Positions 53,071-64,000 of a stretch of DNA of 64,000 nt are shown here, piece after piece. The notes under the pieces are model-generated. The model was not told the origin of the DNA, made no database searches, and saw nothing but the letters and a program-made list of their open reading frames with translations. This DNA is from Vicugna vicugna (taxonomy: Eukaryota): the NCBI GenBank assembly GCA_013265495.1, contig MU058065.1, forward strand, positions 10,581,720 through 10,645,719. Direction: 5' to 3'. The position numbers and the translations under genes were made by a program. Every line of letters begins with the position of its first letter. The stretch's first letter is position 1.

Positions 53071-53801
53071 TGTAACTGATGAAATTGGAAAGACAGCCGA
53101 AAATCTGTGGCCAGGACTAGAGAATTTGATAAACAAATTGTTACCAGTTCTAATCAAGTAATTTTTGCCAAGGAAAGGACTTGTTACCAACTCTTTTGAC
53201 GAGGCTCCCAACAAGGATCCTTCTGCCAAGTGTCCCTCATGCCAATAGAAGGACACCAACCTCGGTTTGGAAGGAAAAGAGTTTTTTTCTTCTAACACAG
53301 AAGGGAGAGGCGGGAGCTCGGCCTCGGGCGTCTGTGCTCTCCCGGACAGGCCAAGGGCGGGGCTGCTTTACAGGGTTCGCCACCGGCGCGCGGAGGGCGG
53401 GGCGGAGTCCTCGTGGTGCCACGCAGCCTCTCTGCGCAGGCGCGCTGCTCACGGCACCTCAGGCTGCGGCGCCAGGTGCAGCTTGTCTGCACACCTCACG
53501 CCGCCGCCATCTTGAGTGGAGGTGGGCTGAGCGCTTTTGCAGCGGGCTCTGCAGTTTGGCGTTTCGGCTCAGCCTTTCTACGTAGGACCGCCAATCTAAC
53601 TCGTTAGGTGCAAGGCCTCTGCACACAGGCCCTACATACAAGTGGAGCTAAACCACGGACAAAAGAGGGGCAGATACCTTATGGCCTTGATTCCATCTTA
53701 TTTTTCTGGGGAACCTCAGTGGGGTTTGCCGGTGATGGACTCCTTGTTAAGGTTAGACATTGCCTGCTGCTTGTGGAGCTGTTCAAATTGTTCACCTTAC
53801 A
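53071..53801 (-). mobile_element. Decayed ERV LTR sequence (ERV1-like; single or nested LTRs)
   Basis: TGTAAC...CTTACA outer termini and an inner TGTTACCAA end at 53182; the minus strand shows a CAAGATGGCGG motif, a TATA-position remnant CCCTGTAAAG and an A-rich polyA-position remnant in U3-R-U5 order; no clean TSD. Confidence 0.6.
53311..53603. promoter_or_regulatory. CpG island / candidate promoter
   Basis: 31 CpG counted by eye in ~293 bp; GC boxes 53355-53362 and 53395-53405; NRF1-like TGCGCAGGCGCG 53433-53444; YY1 GCCGCCATCTTG 53503-53514; CCAAT 53591-53595. Confidence 0.7.
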
Positions 53802-54015
53802 CACTGGGACTGCGACTGCTGGATTGTATGGTAAGTCTGTGTTTAACTTTACAAGAAACTGCAAAGTGTCTTCTAAAGTGATGGTATCTAACGTTCCCGC
53901 TAGTGGCTGGTGAGAGCTGTTGCTCTGCATCCTCACTGGTATTGTTGTTTGTTGGGAGTTTAGACCTTCTGTTAGGTGTGTAGTGGTATCACATTAATGT
54001 TTTAATTTGCATTTA
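53802..54015 (-). mobile_element. Old L1 ORF2 3' fragment
   Basis: tgctggattgtatggtaagtctgtgtttaactttacaagaaactgcaaa...gtgtagtggtatcacatt...ttaatttgcattt. Confidence 0.85.
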
Positions 54016-54479
54016 AGAATTTTTCTTGGGAAGGCAGCCAGATTTCTTATTTACTCTTCTTTCATTTTTAATTTGGCTTCATTTCTAGCTACTTCTAGGA
54101 GGAGAGTTTGTGAACTGCCTAACTCACAGTTTTGTTAGAACAAGAAGGTTCACATAGTGAATTAATTATATTCACTGGAAGAATTCCTCACTGCAAATAT
54201 ATTATTTGATTGGTTCGTGATTTATATGCTTATAATTCTTCTCTCCTTACTAGGTATAAATTCTGTGAAGACAGAGACATTAGTTGTCAATCACAGAGAC
54301 GTTAAATCAAAGAAGTTGAATTTGAACTCCAGCAGTCTGACTCCAGGGCCTGTGTCCTTAACTGGTAAGTTACATTGCCTCATAATTTTTGTTTACAGTA
54401 TAATTTTATTTTAACAAAATTGTCTTCAGTGTTCATTGTAGAAAAGACAGCATGGAGAGCTTTTGCATGTATTTGTTCA

Positions 54480-54610
54480 TGTAATACTTGCAATAGAATT
54501 AAGTAAGTATATTATCCCATTGTACAGATGAGGGGAATGTTTGTTTCAATTAAGTTAATGGGTAATTAGTATCAGAATTGAAACCCAAGGCTGCCCGACT
54601 CAAAAGTCCT
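54480..54610 (-). mobile_element. MIR relic
   Basis: attatcccattgtacagatgagg...gaattgaaacccaaggctgcccgactc. Confidence 0.65.
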
Positions 54611-54748
54611 TCATTCTCTCCTTCCTTCCTTTCTCTTTTTCCTTCTTTCCTCCCATCCGCGTTCCTTTCCTCTTACCTTTCTTCTTTCCTTACTCCTTAC
54701 TCTCCTTTATTTCCTCCCCCTCCTCCTCCTTTGCTTCCTTCTTTCCTT
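54608..54748. repeat. CT-rich polypyrimidine low-complexity tract
   Basis: ccttc/ctt/cct degenerate repeats read directly. Confidence 0.9.
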
Positions 54749-54759
54749 AGTTTTGAAAC

Positions 54760-55200
54760 CTTTATTGTGATTTACTGAGCTCTTAATAACTTCATATTCA
54801 AGACAGTCTGGGTAAAATAATGAACAAAAAGCAGTATAGTTCATGTTCTATTGAAATGCATATTCTAGTGAGGGATGAAAAAATGTAAGTAAACAAATGA
54901 GATATTACACAATTTGGTAAATACTATGAAAGAATCTAAATTAATGACTAAAATAGAGAATGACAGAGCCATGGGATCTCACTTGTGTGAAAAGAGGCTT
55001 CTCTGAGGAAATGATGTTTTAGCTGAAATGTAAAGACTGTGAAGGATCTGACTCTGAAAACGTTGTAGCTAAACAGCATTTCAAACATAAAAGCAGCTTG
55101 TGAAAACACCGTGATTTGAGAAACAGTTTCTTTGAGTTTACCAAAGACTATCATGTATGGAAGTTAGTGAGCAACAGTGAATGGGTACAAAATAAAGTTA
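54760..55200 (-). mobile_element. L2 LINE relic
   Basis: atgaacaaaaagcag...atattctagtgaggga...aggcttctctgaggaaatgatgttttagctgaaat is typical antisense L2. Confidence 0.6.
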
Positions 55201-55604
55201 GAATTAATTTAAATCTTGAAATTTTATTAGTAAGTAACTGTTTTCAATCATCCCCACTGCCACTTCTGGCCAAGTATAGTTTGCTCAGAACTTTTCACTA
55301 TTACTTAAACGTATCTTTCAAAAGAAGGTTTGCTGTCTTTGCAAATGCTATCCCTCTGCCTATGTTTCTCTTATATTTCTTCCTCTTGGAAAAACACTGA
55401 AGGCCCTTTTTTCTCTTTTAAAGATTTTCGCCATGTTTCTCCAAACAAATTTAATTGTTTTCTCTTCTAAATAGCCTTATACTTTTATTGTGGAATTTAC
55501 CACATTGTAATTCAAATAATCCATTTATAGCTGTGTGTCTCTCCACTAAGCTATCAGATCTTCTGAGGCAATGATCTCTTCTTATTCATTGTGTACTCCA
55601 TTAA

Positions 55605-57010
55605 AAAAATCAGATTTATTGTGTTTTAATTTACATAGAGTAAATGTCAGACTTTATAGTTTTATGCTTTTTGACAAAAAATGCAGTCATGTTGCAACCA
55701 TAATCATGACATAGGATTATTTTCATAAACCAAAAAGTCCCATTAAGCCCTTTGCATTGAAACCCCTCTGTTATTCCATTCCCTTGCAGTTAGTGATTTT
55801 TCTTCTCTGTAGTTTTGCTTGCTCCAAATGTCATATACATAGGATTATACAGCATAAATGTCCTGATTCTGCTTCTTTTACATACCATAATGCTTTCAAA
55901 TTGCAACTATTTGGTTGTATGTGTCAGTAGCACATCTGTTTATGTTGCTGAGTAGTATTCTATAATATGGATGAACTAGGGTCTGTTTACATATTTACAA
56001 GTTTAAGACACACAGGTTTTTTCAGGTCTGGAGGTCTTAAATAAAGCTGCTATAAATATTCATGTACAATTGTTTTAGTGGACATATCTTTTCATTCATC
56101 TGTGGCAAATATGTAAGATATCTGAGACTCCTGGGTCATGTATTTAGGGCATATTTAAATGTATAAGAAACTGCCAAATGGTTTTCCTAAGTACCTATAC
56201 TGTTTTTCAATATTAATGTATGAGAGTTTATGTTTTCCTCAATTGGTATTGTCAAATTGCCTTTATTTTTTTCCCTTCCAGTCATTCTATTAGGTGTGTC
56301 ATGGTAGCTCATTCTGGTATCTATGTACGAAAATCATCTGTCATTTAAAAATACTATTACTGAATTTTGAGTTTTTATACATACAGAATATAAGTACTTT
56401 ATCTGACAGACATTTTGAAAATTCTTTTTATTTGTGCCTTTTTGTTTAATTTTTTATAGTGACTTTCGAAAGTTAGAAGTTTCTATTTCGAAGTCCAGTT
56501 TGTGAATGTTTTAATTTTGCCTAACCCAAAGTCACAATGAATCTCGCCAGTGTTTTCTTATAGACTGCATATATTTGAGGTTTTACATTTCGGTCTATGA
56601 TTGACTTTTAGTTTAGGTTTTTTTTGAGGAGGGAGTGGGTAGCAGAATGTATACATTTGAGGTTCATTTGATTGTATATGATATCCAGTTAATCCATTAT
56701 CATTACCTGACTAAAATGAGTTGTTTGGCACATTTGTATCAGATCAGTTGAACATATACGTAAGAGTCTATAGGTCCACAATGTACAATTCAAGTCTGTT
56801 CATTCATATTGTATTGATAATGCTAGCTTTATTTTAGGTCTTGAATTAAGATGGTGTTGAGTCTTCTGCCTTTGTTTTTTCTACTGTATTTACTTTTCCA
56901 CATAATATAATCAGTTTTTGAATTCCATTTAAAAAGAACTTACTGGGAATGTAATTTGCTTATGATGAATCTATAAACTCAAATCCCTATAACAAATCCC
57001 TATTTAATAT
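55605..57010 (-). mobile_element. Old L1 (L1MC/MB-like) 3' UTR and ORF2 fragment
   Basis: tttattgtgttttaatttacatagagtaaa, ttgctgagtagtattct, aagctgctataaatattcatgtaca and aagaaactgccaaatggttttcc. Confidence 0.85.
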
Positions 57011-58459
57011 CACTCTGATGGGACTTTAATTTATAAAAATAGTAACAGTAAAGTGGCCATAGCCATGCCGTGCCCAAGTTGAGGTATAGTAAGTCTTCAC
57101 TAAATCATATTACTGGACATGCAGGAGTAATGATCTCTTTAAGAGAAATTTAAATACTAATGTTAGAGGAAAAGGGCATACATGCTGAGCAGAAAAAAAA
57201 CAATTGATAAATTCCTCATTATAAATAAAGAAAATTTTATATTAGTTTTTCAAAGTAGAGATTTTTAATTCCCTTTTTATAGATTACTTTTAATTTAGAA
57301 TAATTAAAAACCTATGAATGCATTAGTGGGTAAGTATAGTTTGGAGAGGAGAGAATTATATTAGTCAACATCACAATATTATAAACTTAAGAAATTTTTA
57401 TTTTAAAAAATCAGCTTTTTTCTTGTTTTAAAGGCAACCTGCAATGTTTTTCATGCAGTCTAACATCATTACTGGTGATTTGTTTCTTAAGTTAATAAAA
57501 ATGCACTCTCTGGGTAGGTTCAGATTCATGTCGTATATAAATAAATGCTTTTAGCTCTTTCATGTCATCATATTTATGTACCTTCATCAGTCTGTGGCAC
57601 TTTGTGCTTATTTAGTTTTCTTAAGTGGCCTTTAATTAACAAATGGCTTGACATCTCTTCTGTAAAACTGAGATTTAAGCTATATTTTTAATGAATTTAT
57701 GCTCAAAAATGGCACTTCACAGGGGAATATTATAAACCTATTATTTGATACAATGAGTGATGAGTCTCTAAATAGACTTTTGAAAATTACCAGTGCGTAT
57801 TTTCATGATCAGAAAGGATAATAATAGGACACTCTGAGAAGCAGAATAATTGGAATAAAAGAACATAATGATGCAATGTGATGTTAGAAGGAGATCATGT
57901 GTTGCTCAAAAATAGAATTAAAATGTTTTCTCTAAACAAATCAGTATCAGTTGCGTTTGTGAGGAAGAGATTCATATAGTGTGTAATTGTTATCTAGACT
58001 ATACTCTGCTTGTTTGAAGAAAAAGAAATATGGCACTTTATAGACACGAGCATTTATGAAGAGAACTTTTTGCCCTGTACAAATCTGTTGTAGTAGCTGG
58101 ACCTGTCTTTTATCATCCCCAGAAAACAGGCTTCAGAAACAAATTAGTTCAATCTCCTGGTCCTTGGAACAGAGTATTTCTCTGAAATTTCAAGAATTGT
58201 AGCTATTACAACAGTAGGTTCCTGGAATTTGGGGAGCAAAACATCTGGATGGTGGGGTGACTTTTAAATTACCCTGAAAATACAAAATTTCCTGTTGTAA
58301 ATATATTTAATTTTGTTTCTCTATGCCTTGATTTTTTTATATTCTTATCTTTAAAATGGTTTTATTAATCCTGATAGTTCTGCAAATTTAGTTGTAGGGC
58401 TAGTAAAAAAGTTACCAAAGAAATTAATTAATATATTTTATTAAATAAACTAGATGATT

Positions 58460-61400
58460 TACCATCATAAAGGCAGAGCTCAAATTACAAATAAATTAAA
58501 CAAAAAAAGAAGAGAGTAATGAGGGAATTTAGGAACAAAAAATATATAAGATATATAGAAAAAAATGATATAAATGGTAATTTCCAACTTAGAAACTGCT
58601 TAAATACAAATGGGATATCAAAGGGCAAAATTGACTGAAATAGGTAAAAATAATCTTGATCCAGTTATAAGCTCCCTAAAGAGACTTGCTTTAGATGTAA
58701 AGACACAAAAGAAAGAAACTGAATGAATGGAAAAATATATTCCATACGAATAGTAACTAAAAGTGACCTGGGATGGATATACTAATATTAGTCAAAATAG
58801 ACTCTAAGTTGAAATAGTTACATAAAACTAGAGGATTATTATATATTTCTAGAAGAGCAAATCCATAAAGATACAACAATTCTAGACATGTACTCACTCA
58901 ACAAAAGATCGCCAAAATATGTGAAGCAGAATGTGACAGGATTAAAAGGAAAAATGGACAGTTCTAAAATAATAATTGGAGACTACAATATCTCAATTTC
59001 AATAATGGACTGAACAAGCTAACTGAAAATCAATAAGTAAATAGAAGATATGAATAATACTACCAAGTAACTTAGTCCTACCAGGCAAATACATAATACT
59101 CTAACAACAGGATACATATATTTCTTAAATATACATAAAATATTCTCCAGGATAGGTCATATGTTATCACACACACACACACACACACGCACACACTCAC
59201 AAATGAAATGGAACTAAAAATCTATCACAGCAAAAACATAGAAAAAATTCACAAATATGTAAATGATAAGCAATATACTTGTAAATAACCAATGTATCAA
59301 GGCAGGAGTCAAAAGAGAAATTAGAAAATATTATGAAATAATGAAAATAAAACATATGGTAAATCTTATGGGACATAGCAAAAGAAGAGCTTAGTGAGAA
59401 ATTTGTAACTATAAATACCAACATTAAAAGAAAATAAATGTCTCAAATCACCAACCTAATTTTACACCTTAAAGATCTAGAAAAAGGATGAAAGTAAAAC
59501 CAAAGCCTATAGAAAAAAAGAAATCATAAAGTTAAAGTGGAGATAATTAAAATAGAGACTAGAACAATAGAGCCAATCAGCAAATGTTGGTTCTCTGAAA
59601 GGGTCAAGAATATATTTTTAGCTAGATTGACCAAAGAGAGAGAGTGAAGACTTAAATCCCTAAAATTGAAAATGAATGTATAGATTTACTACCAATTTTC
59701 AGAAATGAAAATGATTATAAGAGAGTATTAGGAACAACTGTTCACCAGCAACTTAGATATCTTAGAGGAAACAGAAAAATATAGGAAGACTCAAACTATC
59801 AGAAGTGACTCAAGAAGAAGTAGAAAATGTAAACAGTCCTATAAGTAATTGAATCAGTATTCAAAATTCTCAGCAAAGATAATTCCAAATTTCAGGAGTA
59901 TGTGGTTTCATAAATAAGTTTTTTCAAACATTTAAGGAGAATTTATACCAGTATTTCTCATTTTCAATAAATAGAAGAAGTCAGCATTACTCTGATACCA
60001 AAGCCAGACAAAGATCACCAAAACAAAAGTTACAGACCAATATCCTTTATGAATATAGAAACAGAATTCCTCAGGATAATACTAGAAAAGTGAATCTAGC
60101 AGCATATTAGAAGGATTGTACAACATGACCAAATGGAATTTATCCCAGGAATATAAGAATGATTCAACATAAGAAACACTTAAAAAACAAAAAATTACCT
60201 ACCCCCACCAAAAAAATAAAAAAGAATAAAATACTTAGGAACAAGTTTAACCAAGAAACAGCAAAATTTGTACACTGAATGTACAATATGTTTCTGAAAG
60301 ATATTTAAGAAAAATATAATAAATGAAAAGGTATCCCATGTTCAAGTTTTGGAGAACTTACATTATAAGAGTGCAGTTTTACCCAAATTGATCTACAGAT
60401 TTAATACAATCCATATCAAAATCTCAACTTTTTTTTCAGAAATAAAAAAAGCTGACCCTCAAATTCACAAAATTTAAAAGGACTTCAAATAGCCAAAAGC
60501 TCTTGAAAAAAAAGAACAAAGTTGGAAGATTCACACAACCTGATTCCTAAAGTTATTATAAAGCTACATTAATCAAAACAATGTGGCACTGATATAAGGA
60601 GAGACATACAGAACAATGGAGTAGAATCAAGAGTACAGAAATAAATTCCTATGTCTACAGGCAATTCATTTTTGACAAAGAGATAACACTATTCAATGGG
60701 AAAAGAGTAGACTCTAATAAATAGTATTGGAAAAACTGGACATCCACTTGCAAAAGAATGAAGAGGGACCCTGTGTCAGATCATCTACAAAATTAACTAA
60801 AAAAGAATCAATGTTCTAAATATAAAAGATAAGTCTTAAAGACTTAGAGTAAAACATAGGGATAAGTCTATGTAACCTTGGATTCACCAGCATTATTAGA
60901 TATGACACCAAGCACAAAAACACAAAAGAGAAAATAGCTAAATTAGACTTCATCAAAATTAAAAATATTCATCAGTGAGATGAGAGACAGAAGACAACCC
61001 ACAGAAAGAGAAAATATTTACAGATAATATTGTTGATCAGATTCTAGTATCCAGAATATATGAAGAACCCTTACAATTCAACAACAGCAAAAAAACAACA
61101 GCAATAAATGGGTAAAGAGCTTGTAAAGACCTTTCTTCAAAAAAGGTAAACAAATGGCCAACAAATATATGACAAGATACTAAATATCATTAGTCATTAG
61201 GATAATGCATATCAAAGCCACAATGAAATATTACTTCATACCTACTAGAATAGTTATAGCTTAAAACAAAACAACAAAAAGTAAGATGTGTTTGTGAACA
61301 TGTGGAACGATTGGAACCCTCATACATTGTTAATAAGAATGTAAAATGTTGCAGCCACTCTAGAAAGTTTAATTTCTCAATAAATGAAACATAGAATTAC

Positions 61401-61830
61401 GTTTAACCTGGAAATTTTCCTTTTAGTGTATACTTTAAAGAATTGGAAACTTTTGATTCTACATTTTACAAGAATGTACATAGCTACACTATTCACAGTA
61501 GCCAAAGGGTAGAAACAACATAAATATTAATCAACTGACAAATGGATAAACAAAATATAATGTAAGAAGTATATAATAGAGTATTACTCAGGTACCTACT
61601 ACAACATGATGAATCCTGTAATCATTATGCTAAGTAAAAGAAACTAAACATTAAAGATCACATGTTGTGTATTCTGTTTGTATGAAATTTGCATAAAAGT
61701 TAAATTCATAAAGACAGAGAGCATATTAGTAGTTGCCAGGGGGTGGGGATAGGGAGGACTCAAGAGTGACTAATTAATGGTTGTGGGTTTTCTATTTGGT
61801 ATGATGAAAATGTTTTGAAACTAAGAACTA
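58460..61830 (+). mobile_element. Old L1 (L1MB-like) ORF2 through 3' UTR, with a large internal deletion near 60.18 kb
   Basis: Decayed EN motifs at 58.6-59.1 kb; tacagaccaatatcctttatgaat and catgaccaaatggaatttatcccaggaat, then a jump to aaaatacttaggaa; 3' UTR gttgccagggg...gatgaaaatgttttgaaacta; (CA)n at ~59168-59197. Confidence 0.9.
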
Positions 61831-63367
61831 CAGTAATTTTGCAGTACCCTTCCTAATAAAAACAAATCTGAAGGGTTTCTCACTTGTAATAACCCTCTTT
61901 TCTCAAAACTGTTACATTAAACTGCATGTTCTTTATCATACAAACAATATTATTTTTAACAGTTTTTTTAACTTATCTTCTAGCACCTTGTGAACTTACT
62001 TGTTTTTTAAAATTTTAATTTAGCTAGAGATTTAGTAACTCCATTTTTTTCATTCATTTTATTAGTTAATTGATTTCAGCTATTCTAACTACACATTCCT
62101 TACTTTGTTAACCTTTGGCACATGTAATTTATTTTCTTAAATATAATCTGTGAATTCTCATCATAATTCCTTAATACTGAATTATATTTAAATATGGTTA
62201 TTGGGATAAACTATACATTTTAAATATTACATATTCTGATTCATCAGTTTTAAAACTCTGAATTATATATCAGTGAAAATTAATATTGTTCCAAAGGCAC
62301 ACAGAGTGGTAAATGATAAAAAAGAGACATTTTGTTTTATGAAGTCTAAGTATATTACTCATATGGATAAAGACATAGACGATTTAAGAAAATTGTCACA
62401 GATGGAAAGCAGAATATTCTTTAATATTAACTTGCAGTGCTTTTTACATTTCTCTGAGAACATACTCACTTACCATATCAATTAATGTGTTTGCTGCCTT
62501 TGAAATATATTTAGATATATGATACTATCAGTCTGGGAGAGCACTCAATGAACAGCTGAATCTACCTTTTCACATTACTATGTCATAAGGGTGGAAAATG
62601 CTATAGTGTAATTTGTTTGAAGCACCTATTATAATGATGATGTAGTCAAGAAATAACAGTTAATTACCAAGATAGAGGCTGATCTTAAGCTAGTAAACAG
62701 TGGTGTGTCTCTCTTTCCTGAGGAACTGTGTGATTTATGTAGCTAGGAAAGCATGTTATTTTTCATTACCACAACAGCCTCATGATCTGTATTCTATTCA
62801 CATATGGAGAATAGAAAAATCTTCCTATATTTTCTATATTTTCCTATATAACATTTTCTTTGTTGTCTATTATTTAAAATAAAAGTTTAAGCTAATAAGA
62901 GAGTATAGGGGTTGATTTTTTCCCACCCAAGCTATTTGAAAAGATAATATATAAATGTATATTGTTTCTTCTACTCCTACATAGAGTAAGTACTTGGCCA
63001 TTTAAATTACCATTTTAAGATTGCTGTCCTAATGAATAATTGTTCAACCAACTGTCCTTCTAAACATGTGCTCATATAAGATTTATACCTGATATATTTT
63101 CAAATATATGTATTTGAAAAACATGACTCCTTTAGTTGTTGGAAACCTAACCCAAATTAACTTATGTTAAAAAAAAAGCCATCAACATTTTAAATGATTT
63201 ATTTTCAATATACCATGGAAGAATAAAGGTTGACACTATTGTTTTCAAGCAAAACTGGATCCAGGGCTTCAGAGTGATTATCAGAACCACCATTGCTGTT
63301 CCCTCTTCCAGCTCTTCTTTTCTTTTATTGGCCTCATTCTTTAACAGTCCACAAATAACCTGTGAGT

Positions 63368-63400
63368 TAAAAAAACCAAAAAACCAAAAAACCAAAAACA
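63368..63400. repeat. (AAAAACC/AAAAAACC)n simple repeat
   Basis: aaaaaaaccaaaaaaccaaaaaaccaaaaaca read directly. Confidence 0.85.
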
Positions 63401-64000
63401 ACTACCTGATCAGTGAACAAAAACCAGGTTCATGTTCTTTCAATAGCATTATCCCAGAGTCCAGAAGTTTCTTCTCATTGATTTTAGCACAAAATTATTT
63501 TGGAAGGAGTTGTTTCACATCTTTTGTTTAGTTCACCCTACAGTACTGCATTTTGAAGGTAGGAGGAAGCTGATGGGCTGAGGACTGTTACGTGAAGGAA
63601 GGGTAAAGGTAAAATTTTTTTGAAAGGTAATGTTTACTCTACATAAAAATTAATATTATAACAATACACACACAAACACACTTAGATGAAGAGTCCTATT
63701 TTCTATTTTTTATCTCATAGAAGATAAGCTAGTGTACATATAGCCAAAAATCCCTAAGAGAATTGAGAAAAGGAAATACGTATGTGGACCATAATTTGAT
63801 ATGCACTGAACTTGCATATCCATTCTCTGTGAAAAACTGTACATCAGTTAGTGAGGTTTAAGAATCATTTTTTAAATCATTATTTATTACAATAGTACCA
63901 CAGAAACCAATGAGCAAATCAGTGCATAAAAACAGCCTTTATTTCATTCGTTAAAATCATAGAACTTTGAAACTAGATAAGAATTTTCAGATCATTTAGC

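Noticed and set aside
53181..53641. Cluster of overlapping ORFs (up to 134 aa) on both strands
   Set aside because: Expected from high GC content (few stop codons); no recognisable domain. The Kozak-like CAAGATGGCGGCGGCG on the minus strand hits TGA after 4 codons.

Overview
AT-rich, CpG-depleted mammalian genomic DNA (intergenic or deep intron), most likely from a camelid, based on a Vic-1-type tRNA-derived SINE at 42.7 kb. No host protein-coding gene, RNA gene or prokaryotic feature can be supported. The recognisable ORFs are broken LINE-1 reading frames; the other listed ORFs look like chance ORFs. The window is dominated by several generations of L1. These include a 5.15-kb young 5'-truncated L1 with a perfect 15-bp TSD nested in an antisense older L1 3' UTR, two shorter copies of the same young family, and many ancient L1M-type relics. 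There are also a class II-like solo LTR with a 6-bp TSD, other LTR relics, Tigger MITEs, MIR/L2 fragments, microsatellites and one 130-N assembly gap. The most notable item is a ~300-bp CpG island with GC-box, NRF1, YY1 and CCAAT motifs inside a decayed LTR at ~53.3-53.6 kb, a candidate exapted promoter. I see no convincing wholly new biological system. Repeat subfamily names and boundaries of old elements were judged by eye and are approximate.
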